Shown here piece by piece: positions 19,006-28,899 of a DNA stretch of 35,500 nt. Every line of letters starts with the position of its first letter. The first letter of the stretch is position 1. Source of the DNA: an uncultured bacterium. GTDB taxonomy: Bacteria; Desulfobacterota_D; UBA1144; Nemesobacterales; UBA2774. The notes under the pieces were generated by a model that was not told where the DNA came from, searched no databases, and saw only the letters and a program-made list of their open reading frames with translations. The position numbers were made by a program, and so were the translations under genes. Where the stretch lies: the NCBI GenBank assembly GCA_965365595.1, contig CBDUCG010000003.1, positions 1 to 35,500 on the forward strand. Direction: 5' to 3'.

Positions 19006-19310
19006 TAGTATATATTCATCTGAAAGCCCATCCGGGATTTTTATATGATCTGCCATTGCATTATGAATTACAACTCAACAAGTCTAACATCCATTAATAA
19101 TGTTGCCATTTTCTAGCCCTCCTATTAACTCTGCACAATGAGCTGATAGGCAATATTCGCATTGACCACAAAGCATATTTACGCTTAATACTACTTTTCA
19201 ACTTTTTCATAACCCTACACTCAATCGCCTATTTTGTTAATGATTACAATGGGTTCATGTCCGATAGTCTGGCCGTGCTCAACTGGATGTTTTCCTTTAA
19301 TTATTAAGTA
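19006..19310 (-). pseudogene. Degraded zinc-dependent alcohol dehydrogenase fragment
   Basis: Manual translation gives IKGKHPVEHGQTIGHEPIVIINKIGD*V*GYEK, then a frameshift to CGQCEYCLS...GNIINGC*...KIPDGLSDEYIL. GHE is at 19254-19262 and CGxCxxC at 19150-19170. Confidence 0.75.
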
Positions 19311-19406
19311 TATCAATCTCCCTCCCCTTTGCATTTCGATAATATTGTGTAGCAAATCAGCTGGCAATAATCATCAGCGGCATAGCAATTGCCTTTCCAA
19401 TTTCAA

Positions 19407-19729
19407 CTATTTGCCCTCTATCTTTATCTGTTTGACCTTAGCTTCGGGAGCCTTAGTGATATTTATCTCTATTTTTCCGTCTTTAATGTTAGCTCTTATC
19501 TCAGATTCTTGTACTTTAGCTAGTAAATTGGGCCGAAGGCTAAAACTTCCATAGGATCTTTGTGCGTAATAATAATCTTTCTCTTTTGTCTCATCTTCAT
19601 TCTTCAATTCACATCTGATTTTCAATAACAGACGGATACTGATATATTAGCATCCTTTCTATTCATTCCCGGAACTTCTAGTTTAACAACTATCTCTTTC
19701 TCATTATACATATCAACTGCGGGAGAAAT
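19407..19729 (-). pseudogene. Hsp20/alpha-crystallin small heat-shock protein, 5'-truncated and frameshifted
   Basis: ISPAVDMYNEKEIVVKLEVPGMNRKDANISVS in one frame, then LKIRCELK...RSYGSF...IKDGKIEINITK in another; shift near 19630. Confidence 0.85.
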
Positions 19730-19732
19730 AAT

Positions 19733-20917
19733 TTATACAATTCCACATTCTTTACTTATTATCTTTTTCCACATACTGGGCATTTCATTAAGCATATCTT
19801 CTGCAATTTCCCTAATAAGACCAGGATCTGAGTTTTGATTTTTTACTTGAATATCTAGAACCAGCGGATTGTTAATAGGTTTTCCGATCTGTGAAACTAT
19901 ATAAGCATAGGCTTCCTGGGCAAGTTCTTCTTCAACAATCCTTTTACACAAATTGTTTGCAAATAAATTATAAATTTTGCCTACATGACTTATTGGGTTT
20001 TTCCCCGCTACTGCTTCTAATGTCATAGGTCTATACGGTGTTATTAAGCCGTTTGCTCTATTGCCTCTTCCTACTTGCCCGTCATCTCCGCCTTCAGCAC
20101 TTGTTCCGCTCACTGTTAGATATATGATCCCTTTTTCGTAATTGTCAGCGGTGTTAATTTCTATTTTAGTATTAGACGCAATCCACTTTTGTTCGTTCAA
20201 TGACCCTTTGATATAGTTGATCTTATTAACATAGTCTTCGAGCGAGGAAATATATTTATCTACAATTGCAATTGCTACAGTTAGTGTAGTTTCTCCACTA
20301 TTTCTTATACCCATGACTTTTATATCTTCTCCGACAAACGGGTAAATATCCTTCGTATCAGAGCTGTTTAAGAATTTCTCCGTCTCGTATACCGCTTTCT
20401 CAAGCTTGTCGAGTGGATAAAATCCGGCACCTGCGGAGGTATCGTTTGATAAAGGCACCTTACCCTTACTAAATCTACTAAATAATTCGATTAACTCTTT
20501 GCTGCCAGGACCAATCTTTGTATGAATAACTACATTTGATTCAATATTTAAGTGTCTTAGGTGCCTATCAATAAATTCTTTAGCTGTATGGTTAACGATT
20601 TCTTCAATGGGAAGCTTTTTGCCATTATTTTCTTTAATTGCTCTTCCAGCAATTATTAGTTCGATAGGTTTTGTAATGCTTCCACCTTTAAATGATGGCT
20701 CAGACATGCCTCCGACAAGGAGCGCTTTATCTACGTTATGGTGCATTATAGAACCGAATTGATCTATATAGTGTTTGCTAAGTGCTATTGATATCTCTTC
20801 AGCAACACAATCACATATAGTATCGGGATGTCCAATGCCCTTTCTCTCGACAATCTCGACAAGTTGTTTATTAGGTAGTTTTATACTTAATGGGCTGACA
20901 CAGATGTTGTTTTTCAT
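19733..20917 (-). CDS. S-adenosylmethionine synthetase, archaeal type
   Basis: [51 protein letters not shown] and [13 protein letters not shown] motifs. ATG 20917 preferred over 20944. Confidence 0.92.
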   Translation of the reverse strand: MKNNICVSPLSIKLPNKQLVEIVERKGIGHPDTICDCVAEEISIALSKHYIDQFGSIMHHNVDKALLVGGMSEPSFKGGSITKPIELIIAGRAIKENNGKKLPIEEIVNHTAKEFIDRHLRHLNIESNVVIHTKIGPGSKELIELFSRFSKGKVPLSNDTSAGAGFYPLDKLEKAVYETEKFLNSSDTKDIYPFVGEDIKVMGIRNSGETTLTVAIAIVDKYISSLEDYVNKINYIKGSLNEQKWIASNTKIEINTADNYEKGIIYLTVSGTSAEGGDDGQVGRGNRANGLITPYRPMTLEAVAGKNPISHVGKIYNLFANNLCKRIVEEELAQEAYAYIVSQIGKPINNPLVLDIQVKNQNSDPGLIREIAEDMLNEMPSMWKKIISKECGIV

Positions 20918-21257
20918 AATAAATCTCGACCCGATGATTATCAAAATCTGATATTACGTAATTACTATTATAAACACAATAACATAAAAAAAATTTTATA
21001 AAGTAGAGTAAAAAAGGGTCATCCTAAGTAGTTTGCATATATCAGGCATATAAAAATGTCAGAATGTCGGACATAGTTTCTTCTAGACTTTAATTCTTAT
21101 TAATTCTCATTGAAAGATCCATTGTTATGTTAAAAAATTAGTTGTCACAACTGTCAGAATATTTTTATAACAATTTCAGCAGATTAAGTCATTTGTTGCT
21201 AATATTTTCTCCCTAATCTAAAGTCCCATGGTTACAATCAATACAGAAAAACTATAG

Positions 21258-21273
21258 TGGTACTATATTTGCA
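21258..21273 (+). promoter_or_regulatory. Sigma54 (-24/-12) promoter upstream of pcm
   Basis: TGGTACTATATTTGCA has exact GG-N10-GC spacing and one mismatch to TGGCAC-N5-TTGC; it lies ~95 bp before the pcm start. Confidence 0.65.
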
Positions 21274-21368
21274 TGAGTAAATTTATAGTGTTTATACAAT
21301 ATTTGTTATGTTTATCAATAAAGGTTTTGAATTAGTTCTCTAATCTTGCTTCTTTATAAGGATAGAAT

Positions 21369-22010
21369 GTGAGCACGTACTCAGAACAGCGATGCCAAAT
21401 GGTTAATGATCAACTTGTTACCAGAGGTATAACCGATGAAAGTGTATTGGAAGCTATGTTAATAGTCCCAAGGCATAAATTTGTCCCAGAAGGTCATATT
21501 CATAATGCCTATTATGATTGCCCGCTGCCGATAGGTATGGGACAGACTATATCTCAGCCCTATATTGTAGCATTTATGACAGAACTGCTAAATATAAAAG
21601 AAGGAGACAAAGTTTTGGAGATTGGAACAGGCTCTGGTTATCAAGCAGCCATTCTGGCAGAAATTGGCTGTGAAGTTTATACAATAGAAATAGTTGAGTC
21701 ATTGGCATTAAAAGCCAAAAGAATTATCCAAGACCTGGGTTACAAGAATATTCACTTCAAAATAGGAGATGGCTATATTGGATGGAAGGAAAACGCACCA
21801 TATTTTGCAGTCATAGTAACTGCAGCTCCTCCTCAAATCCCGGCACCTCTTGTGGAACAGCTGAAAGAAGGGGGAAAAATGGTAATACCAGTTGGAGACT
21901 ATTTTCAAGAACTATTACTTCTAAAAAAGACAAAAGAAGGTGTAAAAGAAAAAAAAGTAACTCCGGTTCGTTTTGTACCTATGACTGGAGAAGCCCAGAG
22001 ACATAATTAA
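21369..22010 (+). CDS. pcm: Protein-L-isoaspartate O-methyltransferase
   Basis: VPRHKFVP, GQTISQPYIVA, VLEIGTGSGYQAA and VRFVPM motifs. Confidence 0.95.
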   Translation: MSTYSEQRCQMVNDQLVTRGITDESVLEAMLIVPRHKFVPEGHIHNAYYDCPLPIGMGQTISQPYIVAFMTELLNIKEGDKVLEIGTGSGYQAAILAEIGCEVYTIEIVESLALKAKRIIQDLGYKNIHFKIGDGYIGWKENAPYFAVIVTAAPPQIPAPLVEQLKEGGKMVIPVGDYFQELLLLKKTKEGVKEKKVTPVRFVPMTGEAQRHN

Positions 22011-22023
22011 GAGGGGAGAGCAA

Positions 22024-23220
22024 ATGAGCCTAAAAGACCAGATTGAAAAACTGTTAGACTATAGAAATGATGAATACCCGATTACCTCAGTTTACCTAAA
22101 GTTGGGACCTTCAGACAGAGTGAATTTTAAGTATAAGGGAAAGTTGAAGAATCTGATCAAGGTCTTAATACAAGACCTTGAAAAGAAAAAGCTTGCTGAG
22201 TCTGCTGTAGAATCAGTAGAGCGGGATATAAAAAAAATTACAAATCTTATCGATGATGATAGCCAGCTTTCAGAATGTAGAGGGATTTGCATTTTTTCAA
22301 GTTCCAAAAGCAAATTGTGGAAAGTTTTTAAGCTTCCAGTTGTGTACCGTAATCAGCTAGTAATTGATAGGTCTCCTCTTTTAGGGCAGCTTATTAAGAT
22401 AAATGATGAATATAAAAATATTGTCACTCTACTTATTGATAGAAAGAAAGCTAGAATTTTCAGACTGGAGCCCGATGGGTGTCATGAAATTCTTGATTTT
22501 TTCTATCCTGAGGCATCAAGAACTAAGAAATTCAAGTCGACTGAAGGCAAGTTCAATCAGAGATTATCCCCTACAACCGGTACCGGCAGTCTCGTCCAAG
22601 GATATGGAGAGCATGGCTTTCACAGAACAATAGATAATGAAATACATCAACATTATAAATACGTAGCTGATAAAGTATTTTATTATTTTAATGAGAATAA
22701 GTTCGATTTTCTGGTGCTTGGAGGTACTGAAAAAAATATCTCCGAATTTTCTCATCACTTGCATTCTTATCTGCAACGAAGACTCATTGGAACAATTAGG
22801 GCTGATGTTACTAAGAGTAAGCCCTCACAAGTAGCAGAAATGACTATAGATGCAATAAAAACTTTCAATACAAAGAAAGAAAAAAATATTTTAAAAGAAT
22901 TTGAAGAGAAACTATGCACCAGGCATGCGGTTAACGGACTCTCATCCACCTTGAAAGCACTAGGCAGAGGACAAGTAAAGACCCTAATTGTAGATGAGGG
23001 TTTTAGTTCACCGGGTTTTATATGTCCCCAAACAGGAATTTTGGTAATAAATAAAAGAAAAGGTATTTGCCCGGAAGATTTTGAGCCTGTGGGTGTTGTT
23101 GATATAGTAAATGATGCCATTGAAGAGGCTTCCAGGCAAAAATCGGAGATTGAGATTCTAAGGGGTAGAGAGGCTCGAAAAAAGATAGACGGGATTGGTG
23201 CTATTTTGAGGTTTAAGTGA
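22024..23220 (+). CDS. Bacterial archaeo-eukaryotic release factor (eRF1/pelota-like; baeRF10-like)
   Basis: ITSVYL N-terminus, LLIDRKKARIF, LVLGG, AVNGL..TL.AL..GQVKTLIV and C-terminal GIGAILRF typical of eRF1 domain 3; GAGGGG RBS. Confidence 0.82.
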   Translation: MSLKDQIEKLLDYRNDEYPITSVYLKLGPSDRVNFKYKGKLKNLIKVLIQDLEKKKLAESAVESVERDIKKITNLIDDDSQLSECRGICIFSSSKSKLWKVFKLPVVYRNQLVIDRSPLLGQLIKINDEYKNIVTLLIDRKKARIFRLEPDGCHEILDFFYPEASRTKKFKSTEGKFNQRLSPTTGTGSLVQGYGEHGFHRTIDNEIHQHYKYVADKVFYYFNENKFDFLVLGGTEKNISEFSHHLHSYLQRRLIGTIRADVTKSKPSQVAEMTIDAIKTFNTKKEKNILKEFEEKLCTRHAVNGLSSTLKALGRGQVKTLIVDEGFSSPGFICPQTGILVINKRKGICPEDFEPVGVVDIVNDAIEEASRQKSEIEILRGREARKKIDGIGAILRFK

Positions 23221-23224
23221 TAGC

Positions 23225-23893
23225 ATGAAACTGAGGCAATATACTCGATTAATACTCTATATTTTATTGGTTGCCACAATTCTCTTTGTATCGGCTGGCC
23301 GTATAGATTGGTATATAGCCTGGGCATTTCTCGGTGTCTACTTGGCCATTATAATTATTGGTATTATATATATAGACCCGGATTTATTAGAAGAAAGAAG
23401 TCATATAGGACCTGGGGCTAAGAAATGGGATATAGTGCTCGCAATTTCTGTAGTTGTTTTTTTATTGCCCCTAACACTTCTTGTAGCTGGTCTAGATATA
23501 GGTCGTTATCATTGGTCGCCAGTTTTACCTGTCTGGATACAAATAATTTTTCTTTTGTGCTTTGTCATTGGAAGCACGATACAACTATGGGCTATGATAA
23601 CAAATAAATTCTTCTCGACTTTTGTGCGGATCCAAACCGATAGAGGTCATTATGTGGTAACTGATGGTCCATATAAGTATGTGCGTCATCCAGGTTACTC
23701 TGCAGCCATCATAGTATCTTTTTCTATCCCACTTTTATTAGGGTCTATCTGGGCACTAGTGCCAGCTATGATTGGAGATATTATTCTCGTCATTCGCACA
23801 GCACTTGAAGATAATACTTTAAAAAAGGAACTACATGGTTATGATGAGTACGCAAGCCGAGTGCATTACCGTCTATTACCAGGTATATGGTAA
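23225..23893 (+). CDS. Isoprenylcysteine carboxylmethyltransferase-family membrane protein
   Basis: Multiple hydrophobic helices; VVTDGPYKYVRHPGY, EDNTL and YRLLPGIW motifs. Confidence 0.88.
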   Translation: MKLRQYTRLILYILLVATILFVSAGRIDWYIAWAFLGVYLAIIIIGIIYIDPDLLEERSHIGPGAKKWDIVLAISVVVFLLPLTLLVAGLDIGRYHWSPVLPVWIQIIFLLCFVIGSTIQLWAMITNKFFSTFVRIQTDRGHYVVTDGPYKYVRHPGYSAAIIVSFSIPLLLGSIWALVPAMIGDIILVIRTALEDNTLKKELHGYDEYASRVHYRLLPGIW

Positions 23894-24073
23894 TAGCCCC
23901 ATCCACATGGATTTCTTATCAGAACTGTTCAAGTGTAATACTTTTTCTAAAACGATAAAGTGTCGCTATTGAAAAAAGCAAGCCTATAAAAATTACCAAA
24001 ATTAAATCAAGTCATACTACACCCATTCCAGCGTTGCGAAATATAACTGCATCTAATTGCAATCATTTAGGGA

Positions 24074-26026
24074 TTATTGAACTCGCTCTACTTTTTGCAA
24101 AAATCCTGAACTTGGTTTGGCTCCTAGAATTTTAGTTAAACCATCTCGGTCGATAGTTTCTTCATGCAATAGTGCTTTAGCTAGTTTATCGAGCTTCACT
24201 TTATTGCTCTTTAACAAGTCAAAAACTTTTGTGTGTGATTCATCTATGAAGCGTTTGACATCTCTGTCAATGCTTGAGGCGGTCTCTTCACTATAATCCT
24301 TGCCTCTAGCTAGTTCATAACCTAGAAACGGATGTTCTTCATCAGCTCTGAAAGCAATTAACCCAAGCTCACCCATACCCCAACGGGTCACCATACGTCT
24401 GGCCAGTTGAGTGGCTTCTATTAGATCGTTTTCTGCTCCTGAAGTTATTTCACCTAAAGCTAACTCCTCTGCTGTTCGTCCACCTAACATTACCTGAATA
24501 CGTGCTAGCAGATAGCTAAGGCTATAATTGTACTGCTCCTGACCGGGCAGCTGTTCGGTAATCCCAAGCGCCTGTCCGTGAGGTATGATAGTCACCTTGT
24601 GCACTTCGTCAGCTTCAGGAGTAAACCACGCAACAATAGCATGTCCCGCTTCATGGTAAGCAATAACTCGCTTCTGATTCTGATTGAGTAGAATCTGTCG
24701 CTTCTCACCGAGACGTATTTTATCGATAGCCTCTTCAAAATCAGATTTTGCCACTTTATCATGGTAATACCTAGCGGCAACAAGAGCAGCTTCATTACAA
24801 AGATTTGCTAAATCAGCACCACTCATTCCAGTTGTTACTCGTGCAATGAGCTTAAGATCCACGTCAGATTCAATTTGTAATTTTCCTGTATGGATTTTAA
24901 GTATCTCTTCCCGGCCTAATAAATCAGGGAGATCTAGTACCACCTGACGGTCGAACCGCCCAGGTCTTAATAGAGCCGGGTCAAGAACATCGGGACGATT
25001 TGTTGCGGCAAGAACAATAACTTCTTCCCGCTCATCGAAACCATCCATGGCAACCAATAGTTGGTTAAGTGTTTGTTCCCTTTCGTCATTTACTGTGCCC
25101 ATACCGGCGCCTCTTCTTCTAGCAACCGCATCAAGCTCATCAATAAACAAAATTGATGGAGCTGCTTCTTTTGCTTGTTTAAACAAATCCCTTACCCTGC
25201 TTGCTCCAACGCCAACAAACATCTCTACAAATTCAGAGGCGCTTATGCTAAAAAATGGTACAGATGCCTCTCCAGCAATTGCTTTTGCCAGCAAAGTCTT
25301 ACCAGTTCCCGGAGGTCCCATAAGCAATACTCCCCTCGGAATGCGTGCACCTATGTCATGATATTTTTTGGGATTCCTTAAGAAATCAACTTCTTGTCGT
25401 AGCTGAGTCTTTGCTTCTTCTACTCCTGCAACATCGTCAAATGTGACCTTTTTTTTGTCGCCGCTATAAAGTCGGGGTTTGCTTTGGCCAAACTTAAAAG
25501 TTCCATTTCTTCCACCTGCTATATTACGACTAATCCATACAAAGAAAACAAAAAGCAAAACTAATGGCAACCAGCTCAGTATCAGTGTAACAAATTTATT
25601 GCTAGATATGGACCTTACTTCGACTACCACTCCATGTTTTTCTAAAAGAGGCAATAAATTTGGGTCACCTATTTCTTGTGGAAAAACAGTTGAAAATTCA
25701 CTATACTCTGCAGGCTCGGGTTGCTTACGAAAGAATGAAGTTTGTGGACTAGATTCGTTTTGACCCTCTCCATACTTGGTTGGCCAGAAAACCGGAGTGT
25801 CAAAAGCACCTGTGATTTTATCTCCATCAACATAAACATTCTTAATGTTATCAGCCTTTAATTGCTTAATGAATTGGCTGTACTTAATTGGTGCTTGTGA
25901 AGGTGTTTTTGGCCAAAAAGCAAAACCATTCCAGAGAAGAAGTATAATTAATATTACCAGCCATAATAACAATGGTCCTAATCTTAATGAATTACTTGAT
26001 TCTTCATTTTTATCTTGAGAATCCAT
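24074..26026 (-). CDS. ftsH: ATP-dependent zinc metalloprotease FtsH (probably an accessory paralogue)
   Basis: Two TM helices, GPPGTGKT, ILFIDELD, DPALLRPGRFDR and HEAGH motifs. ATG 26026 with an AGGGG RBS preferred over 26056. Confidence 0.95.
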   Translation of the reverse strand: MDSQDKNEESSNSLRLGPLLLWLVILIILLLWNGFAFWPKTPSQAPIKYSQFIKQLKADNIKNVYVDGDKITGAFDTPVFWPTKYGEGQNESSPQTSFFRKQPEPAEYSEFSTVFPQEIGDPNLLPLLEKHGVVVEVRSISSNKFVTLILSWLPLVLLFVFFVWISRNIAGGRNGTFKFGQSKPRLYSGDKKKVTFDDVAGVEEAKTQLRQEVDFLRNPKKYHDIGARIPRGVLLMGPPGTGKTLLAKAIAGEASVPFFSISASEFVEMFVGVGASRVRDLFKQAKEAAPSILFIDELDAVARRRGAGMGTVNDEREQTLNQLLVAMDGFDEREEVIVLAATNRPDVLDPALLRPGRFDRQVVLDLPDLLGREEILKIHTGKLQIESDVDLKLIARVTTGMSGADLANLCNEAALVAARYYHDKVAKSDFEEAIDKIRLGEKRQILLNQNQKRVIAYHEAGHAIVAWFTPEADEVHKVTIIPHGQALGITEQLPGQEQYNYSLSYLLARIQVMLGGRTAEELALGEITSGAENDLIEATQLARRMVTRWGMGELGLIAFRADEEHPFLGYELARGKDYSEETASSIDRDVKRFIDESHTKVFDLLKSNKVKLDKLAKALLHEETIDRDGLTKILGAKPSSGFLQKVERVQ

Positions 26027-26562
26027 TACTGCCCCTTTAAGATCTAATGATAACACACCGAATTTATTTTAATATATAATACATATGCGATTTTCAGCAA
26101 CATTTATATATCTAAAGCTCTCGTTAAATTCTATACCGGATTTACATTAGTCATCGTTTGCAAGATTTATCCAGTCATCCTCCATTGTTCTATAAATGAA
26201 CTCAATTTTTTGAGGAGAATATGATTGTTATAAGACTCAATAATCCAATAAGTATTGCACTAATTGTCTTCCCAATAAATTGTTTAGAGTGATCTAGATT
26301 TTGATTAAATAGAGATTGAATATCCTCTGAGTGACCTTGGCTATTGTAATAACTCGCCAATTTCCCTACTATTCTAGAAAAATCGGCTCACAAGCTTCGT
26401 TTATTTTTACAACATACTCGACAATCTGATTTTCAGAGCAAGTATCAATGCACTATCCTTTAGGGATATCTCTTCAGTTCTCTGATACGTTATGCAGCAA
26501 AGTCTCTTGCTTCACTGCACCATATATCCTATTCTCTAATTATTTGGATAACATTTGAAAGA

Positions 26563-27480
26563 ATGACTAAAAAACTCATATTCACAAATAAAGAAATAGC
26601 AGAAGCTCTGGAACGTATTTCTTCACTACTTGAAGTACAGGGAGCAAGCAATTTTCGTGTAAGGGCGTACACAAATGCAGCAAGCACAGCAAGTAGTATG
26701 AAAACCCCCCTCACAGAAGTCCTAGAATCTGAGGGTATAAGCGGGCTAATAGCACTGCCTAACATTGGAAAGAGTATAGCATCTATTATATCAGAACTCT
26801 TATTGACCGGACGAATTACCCTACTCGACCGTCTTGAGGGTCAGGCTTCGCCTGAGGAGCTTTTTGAAACAGTACCGGGAATAGGTGTAAAGACAGCACA
26901 CAGGATACATGAAACATTAGGTATCGAAACATTAGAGGATCTCGAATTAGCTGCACATGATGGAAGATTGAAGAGAGTGCAAGGACTTGGGAGTAGAAAG
27001 ATTCAGGGAATAAAAGACGCATTGTCTGGGATTCTTTCACGGTCCTCTAAACGTAGAGCTCGCAGATTACGCTGGCTTGAACACGAGATGAAAGAGTCTA
27101 ATCTTCATAAACCCGAAGTCGCTCTTACCCTCGAGGTGGATCAAGAATACAGAGAAAAAGCTACACGAGGCTTATTGAGAAAAATTGCGCCAAAGCGTTT
27201 CAATCCATCAGGAGATAAATGGCTTCCAATTTACCATACTGATAAGGGTAACTGGTCATTCACTGCACTATTTTCTAACTCACCTCTGGCCCATAAACTT
27301 GGAAGGATTATGGACTGGGTAATCATCTACTACGAAAGAGACGGCGAAGAAGACCAATGCACGGTTGTAACAGAATGGCAGGGTCAATTAAGAGGAAGAA
27401 GAGTCATCCGGGGAAGAGAATCAGAATGCATCGAGTACTATAACAATTACAAGAGGAATGATGTCCATTCAAAAAATTGA
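26563..27480 (+). CDS. Helix-hairpin-helix protein: PolX-like N-terminus plus a non-polymerase C-terminal domain
   Basis: TNKEIAEAL...NFRVRAYTNAA, LPNIGKSIA, VPGIGVKTA and VQGLGSRK HhH motifs. No GSxRR/DxD nucleotidyltransferase motif and no PHP domain. Confidence 0.82.
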   Translation: MTKKLIFTNKEIAEALERISSLLEVQGASNFRVRAYTNAASTASSMKTPLTEVLESEGISGLIALPNIGKSIASIISELLLTGRITLLDRLEGQASPEELFETVPGIGVKTAHRIHETLGIETLEDLELAAHDGRLKRVQGLGSRKIQGIKDALSGILSRSSKRRARRLRWLEHEMKESNLHKPEVALTLEVDQEYREKATRGLLRKIAPKRFNPSGDKWLPIYHTDKGNWSFTALFSNSPLAHKLGRIMDWVIIYYERDGEEDQCTVVTEWQGQLRGRRVIRGRESECIEYYNNYKRNDVHSKN

Positions 27481-27676
27481 TATGAGAGAATTATCATTTG
27501 CAATTTAAATTAATACATATTCGTTAAGACAATGGTTTTTGTATCAGGATCTCTAGTTACATATTAATAGTTCTATACATCGAAAATAATCTACTTTCCT
27601 CTCAATTCCACATAGTTACAATTATATAATTTTCTGAGTGCAGAAAGCAACATTCTTGATCAGTATATATTTATTG

Positions 27677-28024
27677 TTATCCAAGAAATACTCTGTTAGC
27701 AGCCATAAGAGCTATACCGGCAGTCAATGAAAGAAGATGAATTATATTTGTTCTCAGATTTTCATGTTTTTTAATTTCAGGTACTAAATTAGAAGCACCA
27801 ATATATGTAAAGTTTCCCGCTGCGAAAGGTACAAGAAAAGACATGTCAAATTCAAATGAGAGTGTATAAGTCAATAACCCGCCAATTAAGAATGTAAATA
27901 CTGACAATACGTTAAAAATAAGGGCACTCTACTTTGACCATCTACTAAATATAAATATACCAAAATCGGCAAGCTCTTGCGGTATCTCATGAGCTGCAGC
28001 AGCAAACCAGGTCATAATCCCAAG
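27677..28024 (-). pseudogene. ZIP-family metal transporter, C-terminal fragment with an internal stop
   Basis: LGIMTWFAAAAHEIPQELADFG...WSK*SALIFN...FAAGNFTYIGASNLVPEI; TAG at 27929-27931; 5' half missing. Confidence 0.85.
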
Positions 28025-28135
28025 ACAGAACAGATATTTAAAGCACTCAAAGAAGCCTTTGAAAAAGCAGGTGAAGTTAGTGATCTAATTATGGTTGTTA
28101 CTTTAAGTAATGCCTGTCCTTACAAACTACCGTAA
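28025..28135 (+). pseudogene. C-terminal fragment resembling YkoF/thiamine-binding-type small protein
   Basis: TEQIFKALKEAFEKAGEVSDLIMVVTLSNACPYKLP* with no start codon. Family recalled from the VVTxSNACP ending. Confidence 0.5.
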
Positions 28136-28174
28136 GTCAGTAGAATTCACTCTCTCCACTCTTTAGCACACAAC

Positions 28175-28783
28175 TTATTCGAATTCCAGTGTTCGTGTAA
28201 ACTCCCCTGTTGAACCTCCTGAAGCATATCCGTCAGAAGCGGTCGTATTCTGGAAGATCGAGCTTGTCATAATCTGCACGGGTCCTGAAACTCCAGAGAA
28301 GTGCCCCGTACCTTCTGTAATAATCCCCTCTTCAAATATTTCGGAGCGCAGTCCAACAGGGTCAAAGCAGCTCATGCCGGACTCGATAGTGCCTATTAAG
28401 AGGTCTCCGTTACCCACCCTGATAACAAAATTACCTTTAACAAGATTGAACTGAAGATTATCCAGCGGGCAGTCTATGGGAGGAATGGGCTGGGCAAATT
28501 CGTCAAGGATAGTAATATTGGTATTTCCAAATCCGCTAACGCCCTCGTAAGTCCTCAGACTGGCCGGCCTGCCGTCGTCGATAGTATCAGTGTTTGCAGG
28601 AGCGGGTACGAATATGCCAGAAAAAGCAAATTCTAATTCAGTTTCGATCTGCTGAGTATTTCCATTATCATTGCAGCCCAACTGACCCACACTTAATGTC
28701 ACTAAAGTTAAAATCAGGAGAACTATTTTGATTCTAGTTGAACCTATTCCTTTTGTTTTGATGAACTCAAAAAAGAATATCAC
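28175..28783 (-). CDS. Hypothetical lipoprotein
   Basis: 202-aa ORF, hydrophobic leader ending QLGC, beta-rich body with a GTGHFSG motif. Start uncertain. Confidence 0.68.
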   Translation of the reverse strand: MIFFFEFIKTKGIGSTRIKIVLLILTLVTLSVGQLGCNDNGNTQQIETELEFAFSGIFVPAPANTDTIDDGRPASLRTYEGVSGFGNTNITILDEFAQPIPPIDCPLDNLQFNLVKGNFVIRVGNGDLLIGTIESGMSCFDPVGLRSEIFEEGIITEGTGHFSGVSGPVQIMTSSIFQNTTASDGYASGGSTGEFTRTLEFE

Positions 28784-28899
28784 GAGCTAGATATGCTCTG
28801 TCAAGGATGCCAAAGACTTAATTATAGGAGTTCCCGAAATGACACAACAATTCAAACTATGGTATATTTTTTACCGTATAAATATTTAGGGACCTTTCG

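Noticed and set aside
19234-19554. 106-aa plus-strand ORF
   Set aside because: Antisense to the Hsp20 and ADH remnants, with no protein-like motif.
26060-26560. Long intergenic gap that might hide another pseudogene
   Set aside because: The frames I translated are interrupted and showed no family motif; needs BLASTX.
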